Shown here one piece after another: positions 8,620 to 18,420 of a DNA stretch of 64,000 bases. Numbering within the stretch: the first letter of the stretch is position 1; each line of letters begins with the position of its first letter. The translations under genes and the position numbers were made by a program. Under the pieces are notes generated by a model. That model saw nothing but the letters and a program-made list of their open reading frames with translations, was not told the origin of the DNA and ran no database searches. The DNA is from a virus, in the IMG/VR virus record IMGVR_UViG_3300031555_005516. One strand, given 5' to 3'.

Positions 8620-9210
8620 CAAATCGCCGGCACGCCTACCTCCGGTAGGCTGCCGATTCCAGCACTAGACCACCATTCCATACTTCTATATGCGATTGTT
8701 TAAATAGTTGATTGATTTTCATTTTCCCTAAATACACCTCATAGCAGATGTACATTGAGCTCGGGCCGCGGGCGACCGCGAAAGCCCGTCTAGAGCCTGG
8801 ACCAGCGCTTCTATACTTATACGCTCGATTTTGCTGTTTGTTTCATTTTAGCGAAAATCCTGTAAATTTTATTTCAAAACATATGAATTCTTAATCAAAA
8901 AGTGATATTTCTAATGTTTTTTATTTATTTTAGCTCTTTTAATAACAGCAAATTTTAAACTCAGAGCCAGTTTTTAAGAGATGCGCGCTCAATAGCGAAG
9001 AATAATTGGATTTTTATAGTAATTTATGTTATAATTATTATAGAAAGAGAATAAAAGGGGGGCAAAAGGTGAAGATATTAAGGGAAGCCGTGACTTGGGG
9101 GTAGTATAGGTGCGCACTTCCAAAAATTGGTAAAAACGTAAAAATTGGAAAGGCGCACTTTCCTCTAAATATGAAACAGTTAGAAAAATTAGGGGAAAAG
9201 TGCGCTAAAG
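8620..9210. other. gene-free convergent intergenic region with GC hairpins and direct repeats (candidate ori / packaging or other cis element)
   Basis: no ORF in any frame even allowing TAG read-through; hairpin gcctacc-tccg-ggtaggc; repeated cttctata..cgattg units; recurring attccagc motif. Confidence 0.3.
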
Positions 9211-9214
9211 TTAT

Positions 9215-9907
9215 TCAATTGATATTCTTTTTTATTCTCCACTCTGCAACTTTTACAGGGATAGTTCCATAGATCTCTTTAAAACGCTTTTGCGCTTTCT
9301 TATAAGAGTTCTTTTCTTTGGTAATATCTTCGCCATTCTCTTGACGATAGAAAGCATTTGCCGCTTCTTCTTCAGAAATTTTTTCCTCTTTAAGAATTTG
9401 TTTCCAATGTATCAGCACATCTTCTGGTAATGGAGTATAATCAATAAACCAAACCCACTAATATTTATCATTATGCTCTCCATATTCATTCATAGCGGGA
9501 CCCACATAGCGCTCAACTACAGCTGGGACACTGGTGTGTCCAAACTCTTCATAGCCAAACTCAGATATTGCTTCTCGCGCCACTCTTGATTTACTATTAG
9601 GAGCATACTCTGTTCCTAACGATGCAATAGCAAAAGTAGTATAGCTTTTCTTCTTTCGCTCTGTTAATTCACGTGAGTTAACTTTGCGCGGCAGTGGCTT
9701 GTATTCACCAATGACTTGTTTTATATAGATTCTAATTGGGCGCCCTTCATAGATTTCATAATCATAAAACTCTTTAAGCCATTCGAATAAATCTTCTTTA
9801 CGATTGCGAAATTGATACGTAGTGATTCCTGTCAATTCAAAAAACTCGCCTTTAAAGTCATAAATTTTTCCTGCTTCAATCATTTGATATTCATCTCCTT
9901 TCATCAA
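9215..9907 (-). CDS. hypothetical protein with one in-frame TAG (track ORFs 9458..9907 and 9215..9418 are one gene)
   Basis: the two minus-strand ORFs are in the same frame, separated only by TAG (…EHNDKY-TAG-WVWFIDYTPLPEDVLIHWKQ…). Confidence 0.5.
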
Positions 9908-10085
9908 TAGGATACAAGCTTTTCTTGCATATTTTTTTGTGTAACCTATATAATTTACCGGTTACACAAAAATTTCAACACGATAATTCTTTTTTCAACA
10001 CTTTTACTTGTTCATTAATATATAAAAATAAAAGTAACACATTTATCTAATTCTGCCCTAAGTTTCTATAACCCAGTCCTGCGCA

Positions 10086-10115
10086 ACAAAAAAAGGTGAG
10101 TATTTCTACTCACCC
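10086..10115 (-). terminator. rho-independent terminator for minus-strand gene 10161..10532
   Basis: on minus strand, hairpin ggtgagtagaaatactcacc followed by ttttttt. Confidence 0.65.
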
Positions 10116-10160
10116 CCTAGGGCGCCAATTCCAGCGACTGGCGCCCTCTCCTTTTACCTC

Positions 10161-10532
10161 TTAAAACATTCCCTTGAAGAATATATCTCCATCAAGTCCA
10201 AAATGTTTATCCATATCTCCCTGCATTTCTGCAAGCTTTATATACAAAGGAATCATATCCTCAAGTTTCTTTATTACCTCTTCGGCTCTGTCTACTTCCT
10301 CTTGACCCCATTCCTCATCTTCATCCAAGAGGTCAAAAGCCTGAGAATAACACATCAGCGCATTAATTAGATAGGCGCGGCCCTCTGCCTTAAGCGCTTC
10401 CTTCGCGCTCTTGTTTTCTTTATTCTGTCTTAGCGCCTCCTCTTGTCTAGCCTTTTCTGCTTTAATCTGGTTCAGCGCCTCATTAATTTCTTTATCAGAA
10501 GCGCCATTCATGATCATATCTTCTATATTCAT
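10161..10532 (-). CDS. hypothetical coiled-coil protein
   Basis: 123 aa ORF. Confidence 0.45.
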   Translation of the reverse strand: MNIEDMIMNGASDKEINEALNQIKAEKARQEEALRQNKENKSAKEALKAEGRAYLINALMCYSQAFDLLDEDEEWGQEEVDRAEEVIKKLEDMIPLYIKLAEMQGDMDKHFGLDGDIFFKGMF

Positions 10533-10788
10533 TGGTGTTCACTTTTTAATCCTTTCTTATTTTCTATAATTATTATAACATATTTTTTTGTATAAGTCAA
10601 ATTAGAGATACTAATCTCTATAAGGAAGACGGTAACGAGGGAGAAGAAGAGTGGGGTTGGATTAGGTTCCACCGCAACTTCACATTTTCTATAATTTTAA
10701 CACATTTTTTATAATTTTAGCTACAACTCACCAATCTTATCCAATCTTCTTTGATTTTCCTCAATCCTACCTAACCTTCTCTCCTTCC

Positions 10789-11178
10789 TTACCATATTCT
10801 TTTCAAGTGATTAAAGTCCCAGCATCCATTCTAATCCGCATATACTATTGCATCTGTTACAGTGTCTATCTTATGAATAACTCTTCTACATCCTGGTGGC
10901 ACAATCGAATTTAACACGGGCTATAGCTATTTTATTATTCTCTATTCGTGAAAGTCCAACCACTCTTCTTTACATTCTCCAGCTACATATAATCCTAAAT
11001 CTATAGGTTGCGTATAATATAATCTTCCAAGTATCCAATACATTTTATTCTTTCTCCAATCATCTTCATCCCTACTCATTTCATACAGATGCTACTTCGC
11101 TCTTTTTTTTATATGTTTACTCTTACCTACATAGTATACCCTTCCACTCGCATCTGCAATTATATAAATTCCACACAT
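10789..11178 (-). CDS. GIY-YIG homing endonuclease, 5 in-frame TAG codons
   Basis: minus-strand frame MCGIYIIADASGRVYYVGKSKHIKKRAK-TAG-HLYEMS... continuous for 129 codons with 5 TAG and no TAA/TGA; GIY...YVG...R...H motif. Confidence 0.6.
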
Positions 11179-11261
11179 ATCTTCTCCTTTCTCCCGTTCA
11201 TCCCGGGACAGCGCAATTATATTTACATTCAAAATGCGTAGCATTTTGTTTGTAAAAAGAG

Positions 11262-11460
11262 TACAGAATTTGTACAAATTTCTTGTAAATTTGAACATAT
11301 AAGATAACAAATTACAAATTACAAAGAATTTGTACAAATATGCCACTTCATACAAAAATTTTTGTAGAAATTATTTGTAAATCCTACTACTTTTTGTAAA
11401 ATCATTTTTACAAATTTACAAAACTTGTAAAATCATTTTTACAAACATTTGTAAAGCTGC
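11262..11460. promoter_or_regulatory. operator-like cluster: palindrome TTTGTACAAA x2, ACAAATTACAAATTACAAA, 21-bp direct repeat TTGTAAAATCATTTTTACAAA x2
   Basis: seen directly at 11268-11285, 11318-11335, 11300-11318, 11378-11450. Confidence 0.45.
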
Positions 11461-11463
11461 TAC

Positions 11464-11850
11464 TTACATTAATCCCCACATAGGATCATTTCTTTTCTCC
11501 CAACCTTCATCATGATATATAGAGGCGGCAGATACTCCTAATTCTGCGGCCACTTTCGCTGCGCCTATTCCTGTCCTTGCAAGGCGCCAAACCTCTTTAC
11601 TATCTATCTTTTTCTTGCGCCCATTGGTTTTACCATTTTCTATCTTCCGCGCATAATCATCTTTACTTGCATCTATTCGACCACGCAATAGATTAACATA
11701 AGAAACAATATTTGGATCTTCTGCATGTGCGGCAGGCAATTCTGTTCCATGTCTAATAATATCCGCAATAATCTTATCTTGTTGATCAATAGGTAACATT
11801 GCAATGGCATCAAGCCAATCCTTATGAACTACAAATGTAATATCAGCCAT
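11464..11850 (-). CDS. HTH DNA-binding protein (candidate regulator)
   Basis: 128 aa; helix-turn-helix-like segment GIGAAKVAAELGVSAASIYH. Confidence 0.45.
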   Translation of the reverse strand: MADITFVVHKDWLDAIAMLPIDQQDKIIADIIRHGTELPAAHAEDPNIVSYVNLLRGRIDASKDDYARKIENGKTNGRKKKIDSKEVWRLARTGIGAAKVAAELGVSAASIYHDEGWEKRNDPMWGLM

Positions 11851-12043
11851 TGCGCAAACCCTCCTCTATAATCTTATCAAAATCTTTTTGGAAGGTCTCA
11901 TCTTTATAAAAAATCCAAACAATCAATCTATTATTCTTTGGATTGGGCATTGTAGAAAAGACCTAATGTCCTTTCTCAATCATCTTCATTGCGTATGGCT
12001 TTCGATAAACAAAAGCATACTCTTGTTCTTCGTGTTTTGGCAT
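11843..12043 (-). CDS. small hypothetical protein with one in-frame TAG
   Basis: MPKHEEQEYAFVYRKPYAMKMIEKGH-TAG-VFSTMPNPKNN...; stop overlaps next start (ATGGCTGA). Confidence 0.4.
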
Positions 12044-12062
12044 AATTGGTATCTCCTTTTAG

Positions 12063-12251
12063 TTACTCTTCATCCTCTTCTTCAAGAGAATCAAATTTTT
12101 CATACTCTATTTCATATTCGGCATCTTTGCCTCTTCCCCACTTCATAAGTATAATTCCCTTCTTGCGCAAATTAGCCTATGTTCGCGGAAAAGAGTTAAT
12201 TAATGTGGATTCACTTTTGCCGAGCAAAGCGGCCACCTCTTTTAATGTCAT
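12063..12251 (-). CDS. small HTH protein with one in-frame TAG
   Basis: MTLKEVAALLGKSESTLINSFPRT-TAG-ANLRKKG...; HTH-like N-terminus. Confidence 0.4.
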
Positions 12252-12371
12252 ACTCTTATCCTCCTCTATTTATATATAAAAATTAATTCAAGCATTTTAT
12301 TTGAAAATGTCCAAACTTTTTGCTTGAATAATGCTTTATTTTGTATAATTCTACTGCTTTTTTGTCGTATT

Positions 12372-12410
12372 TTTGTCGAAACACAAATTTGTAATTACAA
12401 ATTACAAAAA
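12372..12410. promoter_or_regulatory. palindromic operator-like site TTGTAATTACAA plus ACAAATTACAAA
   Basis: related to the 11.3 kb operator cluster. Confidence 0.35.
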
Positions 12411-12469
12411 ACATCCTTCTTGTTAGTAAGGCGCCAATTTTTACTAATCAGCGCCTTTTTTCATCTCTT

Positions 12470-12796
12470 TTAACCTTGTAATATAGTCACTCTTCTGCGC
12501 CTTTTTCCGACCTTTGGCGCAGACTCTTGTTCATTAATATATCTTTTTAAATAATCAACATAATTTATCAAATCATTTAAATCACTACGCATTATATTGT
12601 GTCTATTATATAAATCTTCAATATATTCTGCATTCTGTCCTATTTTATTAGTCATCTTAGAACGCGCATTTTGCGCCAATATTATCTCTTCTTTTAATTC
12701 TTCTTTTGTCGCATACTCTATGGGTTTTACAATAGATCTTTCATTGAGTAAACCTGTCCTTACATAAGCTCCTTTACCCATATCAAAATAATTCAT
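12470..12796 (-). CDS. hypothetical protein
   Basis: 108 aa ORF. Confidence 0.45.
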   Translation of the reverse strand: MNYFDMGKGAYVRTGLLNERSIVKPIEYATKEELKEEIILAQNARSKMTNKIGQNAEYIEDLYNRHNIMRSDLNDLINYVDYLKRYINEQESAPKVGKRRRRVTILQG

Positions 12797-13222
12797 TTAT
12801 TCTACCTCTCTTTGATACTTCAATGTCTTAAGCGCCGGTCTGATACTTAATCCTACTCCACGCTTTTCTATAGTCTTCTTTAAGTTGTCAATTTGCGCTT
12901 GTAAATTTTCAAGTTTATCACTTAAAAGATCTACTAAACTAATAGAAACAGTATCCTTCCATTCAAGTGCAGAATCATTAGATTTTACAGTAGCTATAGC
13001 ACTTGTATCTATTCCCTTGGCGCAATCTGCGGTTATTGTAAAATTATTCGCAGTCCCAGTTAAACCATCAAGCGCCGCTGAGATCGATTGCAAATCATTA
13101 TTAGCAATAGTGTAGGTACACATAGTATTATCTCTATTAAAGCTATCTCCAAACCAAGCTTCATTTGTTTTCTTATACGGCATTTTCATCATCTCCTTTG
13201 CATATGCCAACAGTAATGGCAT
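12797..13222 (-). CDS. hypothetical protein
   Basis: 141 aa ORF. Confidence 0.45.
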   Translation of the reverse strand: MPLLLAYAKEMMKMPYKKTNEAWFGDSFNRDNTMCTYTIANNDLQSISAALDGLTGTANNFTITADCAKGIDTSAIATVKSNDSALEWKDTVSISLVDLLSDKLENLQAQIDNLKKTIEKRGVGLSIRPALKTLKYQREVE

Positions 13223-13634
13223 AATCTTCTAATCCTAATTTAATTATTGTTTCTGCAACAGTCGCACGCGGTAAATTGCAGTCAAAAAATATCTTGTTAT
13301 TATAGTTTTCAATTTCTTCTTTGGTTAAGGTTGGAAGCGTTCCTTTTTCATATTGAACTACCCACATTTCATCACCATTTTCAAAGCGATATAGTTTTGA
13401 ATTATTTAAATTAGTAGTGGTAAGTAATTTAATATTTTTGTTTTTTAATGAAGCCAATCTTAAATCAACATACTCTTGCACTTTTCCAACATTTTTACCT
13501 AATATAAAAATATATCGTGTAAGTTCAAAAGGTTCAAAAATAACCTAATTGCGCCCATCGTTGTATACACGCCGCCCATAGTCAATTCCAATATAGATTA
13601 AACAAGCTAATAATAAAAGCAATCCAATTTTCAT
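13173..13634 (-). CDS. hypothetical secreted/membrane protein with one in-frame TAG
   Basis: ATG at 13634 gives hydrophobic N-terminus MKIGLLLLLACLIYIG, then TAG, then in frame into ORF 13173..13481. Confidence 0.4.
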
Positions 13635-13727
13635 ATATTTCTCCTATCATATTTTCTTTTTATACACCTTTATTATAATATAAATTTAAAAATAAGTCAA
13701 GTATAGTTTCATCCGCATTTTTCATTA

Positions 13728-13756
13728 TTGATTTTTTGAAAATTTTATGATATAAT
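13728..13756 (+). promoter_or_regulatory. Class II promoter (TTGATT-N17-TATAAT, ATGATATAAT extended -10)
   Basis: TTGATT 13728-13733, TATAAT 13751-13756. Confidence 0.65.
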
Positions 13757-13790
13757 ATATATGTAATAAAGAAAGAGAGGAAATAAAAAT

Positions 13791-14114
13791 ATGAAAGATA
13801 TTAAGAATGTAAGAGTAACCAATGCTCCCGTGATAGACTTTGATGAGCTCGAGTGCGAGTTTGAAATCAAGAAAGAGGAATACTCATTCTATAATCGCGC
13901 CGACCAGTATGAGGGATACTTTTGGTTCGGTACTGACGAGGATGATGTTGTCTATTGCGAGCAGGAAATTGAGGGATTTCTTGAGATTATGAAGCAGCAT
14001 CCTGAGTGGGATTATTCTGATGCTATCAGACATCTCCAGAACGATCTTGACCTTATCAAGGCTCTGCGCGAAGCAGGTTACACTGATGGCGTCATTATCT
14101 ATATTTGGTGTTGA
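13791..14114 (+). CDS. hypothetical protein
   Basis: 107 aa, RBS gaaagagagg. Confidence 0.45.
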   Translation: MKDIKNVRVTNAPVIDFDELECEFEIKKEEYSFYNRADQYEGYFWFGTDEDDVVYCEQEIEGFLEIMKQHPEWDYSDAIRHLQNDLDLIKALREAGYTDGVIIYIWC

Positions 14115-14156
14115 GCGCCGCTGGAAAAATTTGGAAAAACGCGAGGTAAAAAGAAA

Positions 14157-14384
14157 ATGATTACAAACATCTGTATTTCAATTACAAATCCTTACGCAAT
14201 AGGAGTTTCTGAAAACTTCTACTATCCATCAGTAGACATCTTTGATAAAGAAGAGATGGATTACTGCATAAATGAAGCTTGTGGCACTTATCTTGATATG
14301 CACAGCGATATCTGGAACACTCTTTCAACACCTTTTGAAACTATCGCAGAGGCTTGCGAATATATTATTGAGGAGGTTAAATAA
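14157..14384 (+). CDS. hypothetical protein
   Basis: 75 aa. Confidence 0.4.
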   Translation: MITNICISITNPYAIGVSENFYYPSVDIFDKEEMDYCINEACGTYLDMHSDIWNTLSTPFETIAEACEYIIEEVK

Positions 14385-14647
14385 TGACACCTAATTTTAA
14401 AACCCCTTTTTCCGCTTTTACCGCAGGAAATAACAATCCATCATCTTTTGCTATTGCACATCATTATGAATCAATAGACCTTGCTATTAGGAAGCTTGTT
14501 GATCTTCATAACGATGATTATGATATTGAAGATCCAAAAATCTTTAACGATACTCTTGAGCGCTATAGTCTCCTTGATGATGGATTTTGTTCTGAAGCTG
14601 AATATATAAAGCAGGAGGTTAGAAAAAGAATATGTGGACAATCATAA
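14384..14647 (+). CDS. hypothetical protein
   Basis: 87 aa. Confidence 0.4.
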   Translation: MTPNFKTPFSAFTAGNNNPSSFAIAHHYESIDLAIRKLVDLHNDDYDIEDPKIFNDTLERYSLLDDGFCSEAEYIKQEVRKRICGQS

Positions 14648-14880
14648 TTCTTATTGCAGGAGTAATTATTACTACTGTTACGGCGTTGGTTATAAGTGCG
14701 CGTCATTCCGACTATGAAGAGGATATAATCGTCCCCAAAGGACGCAGATTTACCAATTGCAAAGAATGTAATCATCTAATTTCTTGGAGTGAAGAAAACG
14801 CATCGGTTAAACACAGTAATGGTTTTCTTGTCTCTTGCCCTCAATGCAAAAGAGTAATAAAGGTATTTTACGAAGAATAA
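14632..14880 (+). CDS. membrane-anchored zinc-ribbon protein
   Basis: 82 aa; N-terminal TM, CKECNH...CPQCK. Confidence 0.4.
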   Translation: MWTIIILIAGVIITTVTALVISARHSDYEEDIIVPKGRRFTNCKECNHLISWSEENASVKHSNGFLVSCPQCKRVIKVFYEE

Positions 14881-14890
14881 TAAGCATTTA

Positions 14891-14922
14891 GAAGCGACGC
14901 ATCTGCGCCGCTTCTTTTTTAT
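14891..14922 (+). terminator. rho-independent terminator
   Basis: hairpin gaagcgacgcatctgcgccgcttc + tttttt. Confidence 0.75.
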
Positions 14923-14950
14923 TGATTTTTTAAATTTTATATGTTATAAT
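14922..14950 (+). promoter_or_regulatory. Class II promoter
   Basis: TTGATT 14922-14927, TATAAT 14945-14950. Confidence 0.65.
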
Positions 14951-14981
14951 ATATATAGAAATAATGAAAGAGGAAATAAAT

Positions 14982-15818
14982 ATGACGAAAGAAGAAAAGG
15001 TATTATTTGAATTACTTAATAAAACAATTACAAGTATTCCAGAGCGCTTTTGTAGCGAAGATTGTGATTGGCAATTGACAGATCAACTAGCAAATGAAAA
15101 ATGGCTTGACTGGTCAGTGACGAGCGGTATAAGCAAAGCAGTAATTTTAATTAAAAACGCGTCTTTTGTTATTAAACTTCCTTTTTCTCATATGTTTAAC
15201 GAAGATGACTACTCTAATGCTCATTATGAATGGAGAGAAGAATGTGATGACGCAATAAAAGAAGCTGAAGCGCGCAATGCTAGCCAGGCAGAGATAGATA
15301 TCATCTGTGAAAATTATAAGGCGGCAGAGCCTATGTGCGATGATGATAGATTTTATTATAAGCTTGAAGGAGCAACTTATATCGATATTGAAGAAATGCA
15401 AAAAGAACCGGACTGGGATTATTGCAATCTTGAATGTGTAATTTATAACAAAGCAGTTGAAAGAGGATTAGGCGCCTATTTTGCAGAAGAGCATTTTCTA
15501 GGAACACTTGATTGTAATCATCCTGTTTATATTCAAACAAGATGCACTCCTATTGAAGAATTAAATTATGATTATTCATCTGTTGAATATAGTAAGAAAA
15601 GCGCAAAAACGCGCGCCCGCTGTAAAGAGCTTGATATCTATTGCTTTAATCCTCTATGGATTGCAGACTTTATAGAATACTATGGAGAAGACGAGTTAAA
15701 GCGTCTTAATACTTTCCTTAATGAAATGAATATTGGCGATTTGCGTGGTAGTAATATTGGCTATCTTGATGGCGCGCCAATCTTGTTTGATTATTCAGGC
15801 TTTAGGTATTGGGATTAA
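14982..15818 (+). CDS. hypothetical protein
   Basis: start at ATG 14982 after RBS gaaagagg (track start 14964 lies within RBS). Confidence 0.45.
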   Translation: MTKEEKVLFELLNKTITSIPERFCSEDCDWQLTDQLANEKWLDWSVTSGISKAVILIKNASFVIKLPFSHMFNEDDYSNAHYEWREECDDAIKEAEARNASQAEIDIICENYKAAEPMCDDDRFYYKLEGATYIDIEEMQKEPDWDYCNLECVIYNKAVERGLGAYFAEEHFLGTLDCNHPVYIQTRCTPIEELNYDYSSVEYSKKSAKTRARCKELDIYCFNPLWIADFIEYYGEDELKRLNTFLNEMNIGDLRGSNIGYLDGAPILFDYSGFRYWD

Positions 15819-16020
15819 TAAGAATAGAATAGTGACTGCACCTTGAAAAACTTAAAATTTTTTGATATAATAAATATGTAAGATAAAGAAAGTGGCGAAT
15901 AAAAGAGTTAATAAAAAAATCTTTAAGTCAATGCTACTTTGGTTGAAAAAATAAAAAATTTTTGGTATAATAATAACACCAAATAAAAATAATATAATAA
16001 TTTTAAAGGAGAAACAAATT

Positions 16021-16413
16021 ATGGCAGACAAGAAAATCACTAAAGCAGAAGTACTCGGAGTAATTCTTGAGGCAATGGCAGACAACGCAGATGTAGTAGC
16101 ATACTGCGAAAACGAACTCGCTCTTCTTGAGAGTAAGAAGGTTAAGGCAAGAGAGCGTCAGGATAAGAAGAGAGCTGAGGGCGATGAGCTTCAGGCTAAT
16201 GTAGCGGCTACTCTTACCGAGGATCCTCAGACAAGAGATGACATCCTTGCAGCAACAATCGAGGCTACAGGAGATGAGACTTTGACTGTGGGCAAAGTTC
16301 AGGCTAAACTTAATAACCTTGTTAAGTTCGGTCAGGCTTCTAAGTGTGAAGTTAAGACTGAGGACGGCAAGAAGAAGACTGCTTATACCGTTTTTACTGG
16401 CGACGCAGAGTAA
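16021..16413 (+). CDS. small protein, paralogous family member
   Basis: MADKKITKAEV... C-terminal KKTAYTVFT. Confidence 0.5.
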   Translation: MADKKITKAEVLGVILEAMADNADVVAYCENELALLESKKVKARERQDKKRAEGDELQANVAATLTEDPQTRDDILAATIEATGDETLTVGKVQAKLNNLVKFGQASKCEVKTEDGKKKTAYTVFTGDAE

Positions 16414-16441
16414 TTTAAGATAATTAAAAATTTAAGTAATA

Positions 16442-16479
16442 AAACAAACGGCGGCGCCAATTGCCGCCGTTTGTTTTTC
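16442..16479 (+). terminator. rho-independent terminator
   Basis: aaacaaacggcggcgccaattgccgccgtttgttttt. Confidence 0.75.
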
Positions 16480-16495
16480 ATTAAAGGAGGATAAA

Positions 16496-17323
16496 ATGAA
16501 ATATTGCGGTTTTTATTCTAATAAAATAAATATGAAAATTTTTGACGAAATATCAATTATCTATGAAGATCAATCAAAAGAACTTTTAGGATTTTTACAA
16601 GAATATCCAGACCAGCGCATCAATCTTATTGTACGAGATATTGAAAAATTCTATAATAATCAAGAGTGGATTAAACTTGAAAAAATAAAAGAAGCTATGC
16701 CAGAAAGAGAACTTTATATTTGCTTTGGAGGCGCCAAGCGCTTCTCTATGATTGAAGATTTGAGAATAGATGAAATTATAAACAACCTACACACAATCCC
16801 TTATTTCACTGGAGATTTAGCTACTAACTTTTCACAGCTAACATATCTTTTAGATTTTGGCGTAAGCGATGTTTATATAGGAGAGAATCTTGGGTTTGAA
16901 GTAGAAGCGGTTAAAAATCTTTGTGCAAAATACGGCGCCCAGGTTCGCGCCTATCCAAACGTGGCGCAAAGTGAAATAAGAACCTCTGATACAATTACTA
17001 AATTCTTTATTAGACCGCAAGATGTAGGCGTCTATGAAGAATACATTGATGTATTTGAGTTCTGGGGTCCTCTTGATAGACAAAAAATATTGCGCCATAT
17101 TTATGAAAAGCGCAACTGGATGGCATCTTTAAAAGATATTATTCTTGATTTTGATGAAGATATAGATTCGCATCGCATTCTTTCAGTATTTGCAGAGACT
17201 CGAAAGAATTGTGGTAAAAAGTGCGAAAAAGGCAATGGTTGTAGGGTATGCTATACTGTTGCTTCAATCGGACAAAAGCTTGAAGAAAAGCATCTTTATG
17301 CAAAAGCAATAAAAGATGATTGA
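16496..17323 (+). CDS. hypothetical protein
   Basis: 275 aa ORF, RBS aaaggagg. Confidence 0.45.
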   Translation: MKYCGFYSNKINMKIFDEISIIYEDQSKELLGFLQEYPDQRINLIVRDIEKFYNNQEWIKLEKIKEAMPERELYICFGGAKRFSMIEDLRIDEIINNLHTIPYFTGDLATNFSQLTYLLDFGVSDVYIGENLGFEVEAVKNLCAKYGAQVRAYPNVAQSEIRTSDTITKFFIRPQDVGVYEEYIDVFEFWGPLDRQKILRHIYEKRNWMASLKDIILDFDEDIDSHRILSVFAETRKNCGKKCEKGNGCRVCYTVASIGQKLEEKHLYAKAIKDD

Positions 17324-17378
17324 TTTTCTAAAAAAAATATGATATAATAAATTATAAAATAAAAAAGGAGAATAAAAA

Positions 17379-17690
17379 ATGGCTAAAGGACAGCAATTTA
17401 AAAAGGAAGTTCAAGAAAAAATTTTGCAGTTATTTCCTAATTCCTTTTTGCATAATGATGCGAAGGAAATAAGAATTTGTGGCATTGAAGAGGGGCAGCC
17501 AATCCAGATTAAAGTAACTTTAACCTGCGCTAAAGAGAATGTAGAAATGGGCGCCGATGCAGCTATACCGGGCGATTTCCCAGCGCCTAAGATGACAGCA
17601 CCAACCCCTCAGCGCACCGTCCCTGTTGAAAAAACAGCAGATGAAAAACAAAGAGTTGAAGATGCATTAAGAGCACTTGGAATGATTTAA
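17379..17690 (+). CDS. hypothetical protein
   Basis: 103 aa, RBS aaaggag. Confidence 0.4.
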   Translation: MAKGQQFKKEVQEKILQLFPNSFLHNDAKEIRICGIEEGQPIQIKVTLTCAKENVEMGADAAIPGDFPAPKMTAPTPQRTVPVEKTADEKQRVEDALRALGMI

Positions 17691-17708
17691 CATGAAAGGA
17701 GAGATATT

Positions 17709-18011
17709 ATGAGTAATAAGGCACCGCAACTATTACGATATACCGAATGGAATGATGGCAATGGTAACTGGCATTGTAATGATACATCAGACTTGTGTAG
17801 TGTTAGAGCTTTATGGGCAACTCCTGCATATATGCTCAATATCTCTCCTGCAGAATATGTTACTCTTTTAGTAGAGCAATTTCATCCAGACCGCATCAAA
17901 TATTTTAAAGAGGCAGATGTCTTAGTCTATTCTTGGCGCAATATAAATGATATGAGGCGCTTTAAGAATTGGCTCAATGCGCAGGCAAGGAAGCATAATT
18001 TTGTAGTTTAA
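17709..18011 (+). CDS. hypothetical protein
   Basis: 100 aa, RBS aaggagag. Confidence 0.4.
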   Translation: MSNKAPQLLRYTEWNDGNGNWHCNDTSDLCSVRALWATPAYMLNISPAEYVTLLVEQFHPDRIKYFKEADVLVYSWRNINDMRRFKNWLNAQARKHNFVV

Positions 18012-18043
18012 TAATAAAAAATTACTAAACAATGATTTCTTCA

Positions 18044-18072
18044 TTGATTTTTATAAAATTTTATGATATAAT
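18044..18072 (+). promoter_or_regulatory. Class II promoter
   Basis: TTGATT 18044-18049, TATAAT 18067-18072. Confidence 0.65.
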
Positions 18073-18104
18073 AAATTGTAAAATGAAAGAGAGGAAAAAA
18101 ACAA

Positions 18105-18416
18105 ATGAGAGATTTTTATAAGTTTACAGTAAGATGGCAGAATGAAGATTGTCAGCCTGAGATTTCTGAAGGAATTATTACTGGAGAAAGTTTTTCAGAT
18201 GCAGTCCAGCAACTCGTAGAGTACCACTTTGATAATATTAAAAGTATTCAGGTTGAGCCTATTGGAGAATGCGGTGGAATGCTTCTTTTTGAAGAAATGC
18301 TTGAATATCTTAACTACAAAGAGAAAGAGGAAGCATTTACTAGCGCGGTAGGACCTCAGCTTCGAGTGGCGCTTGAAGATGCACTGAGCGTGGAAAATAG
18401 TGATATAGAGGAGTAA
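18105..18416 (+). CDS. hypothetical protein
   Basis: 103 aa. Confidence 0.4.
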   Translation: MRDFYKFTVRWQNEDCQPEISEGIITGESFSDAVQQLVEYHFDNIKSIQVEPIGECGGMLLFEEMLEYLNYKEKEEAFTSAVGPQLRVALEDALSVENSDIEE

Positions 18417-18420
18417 GAAA

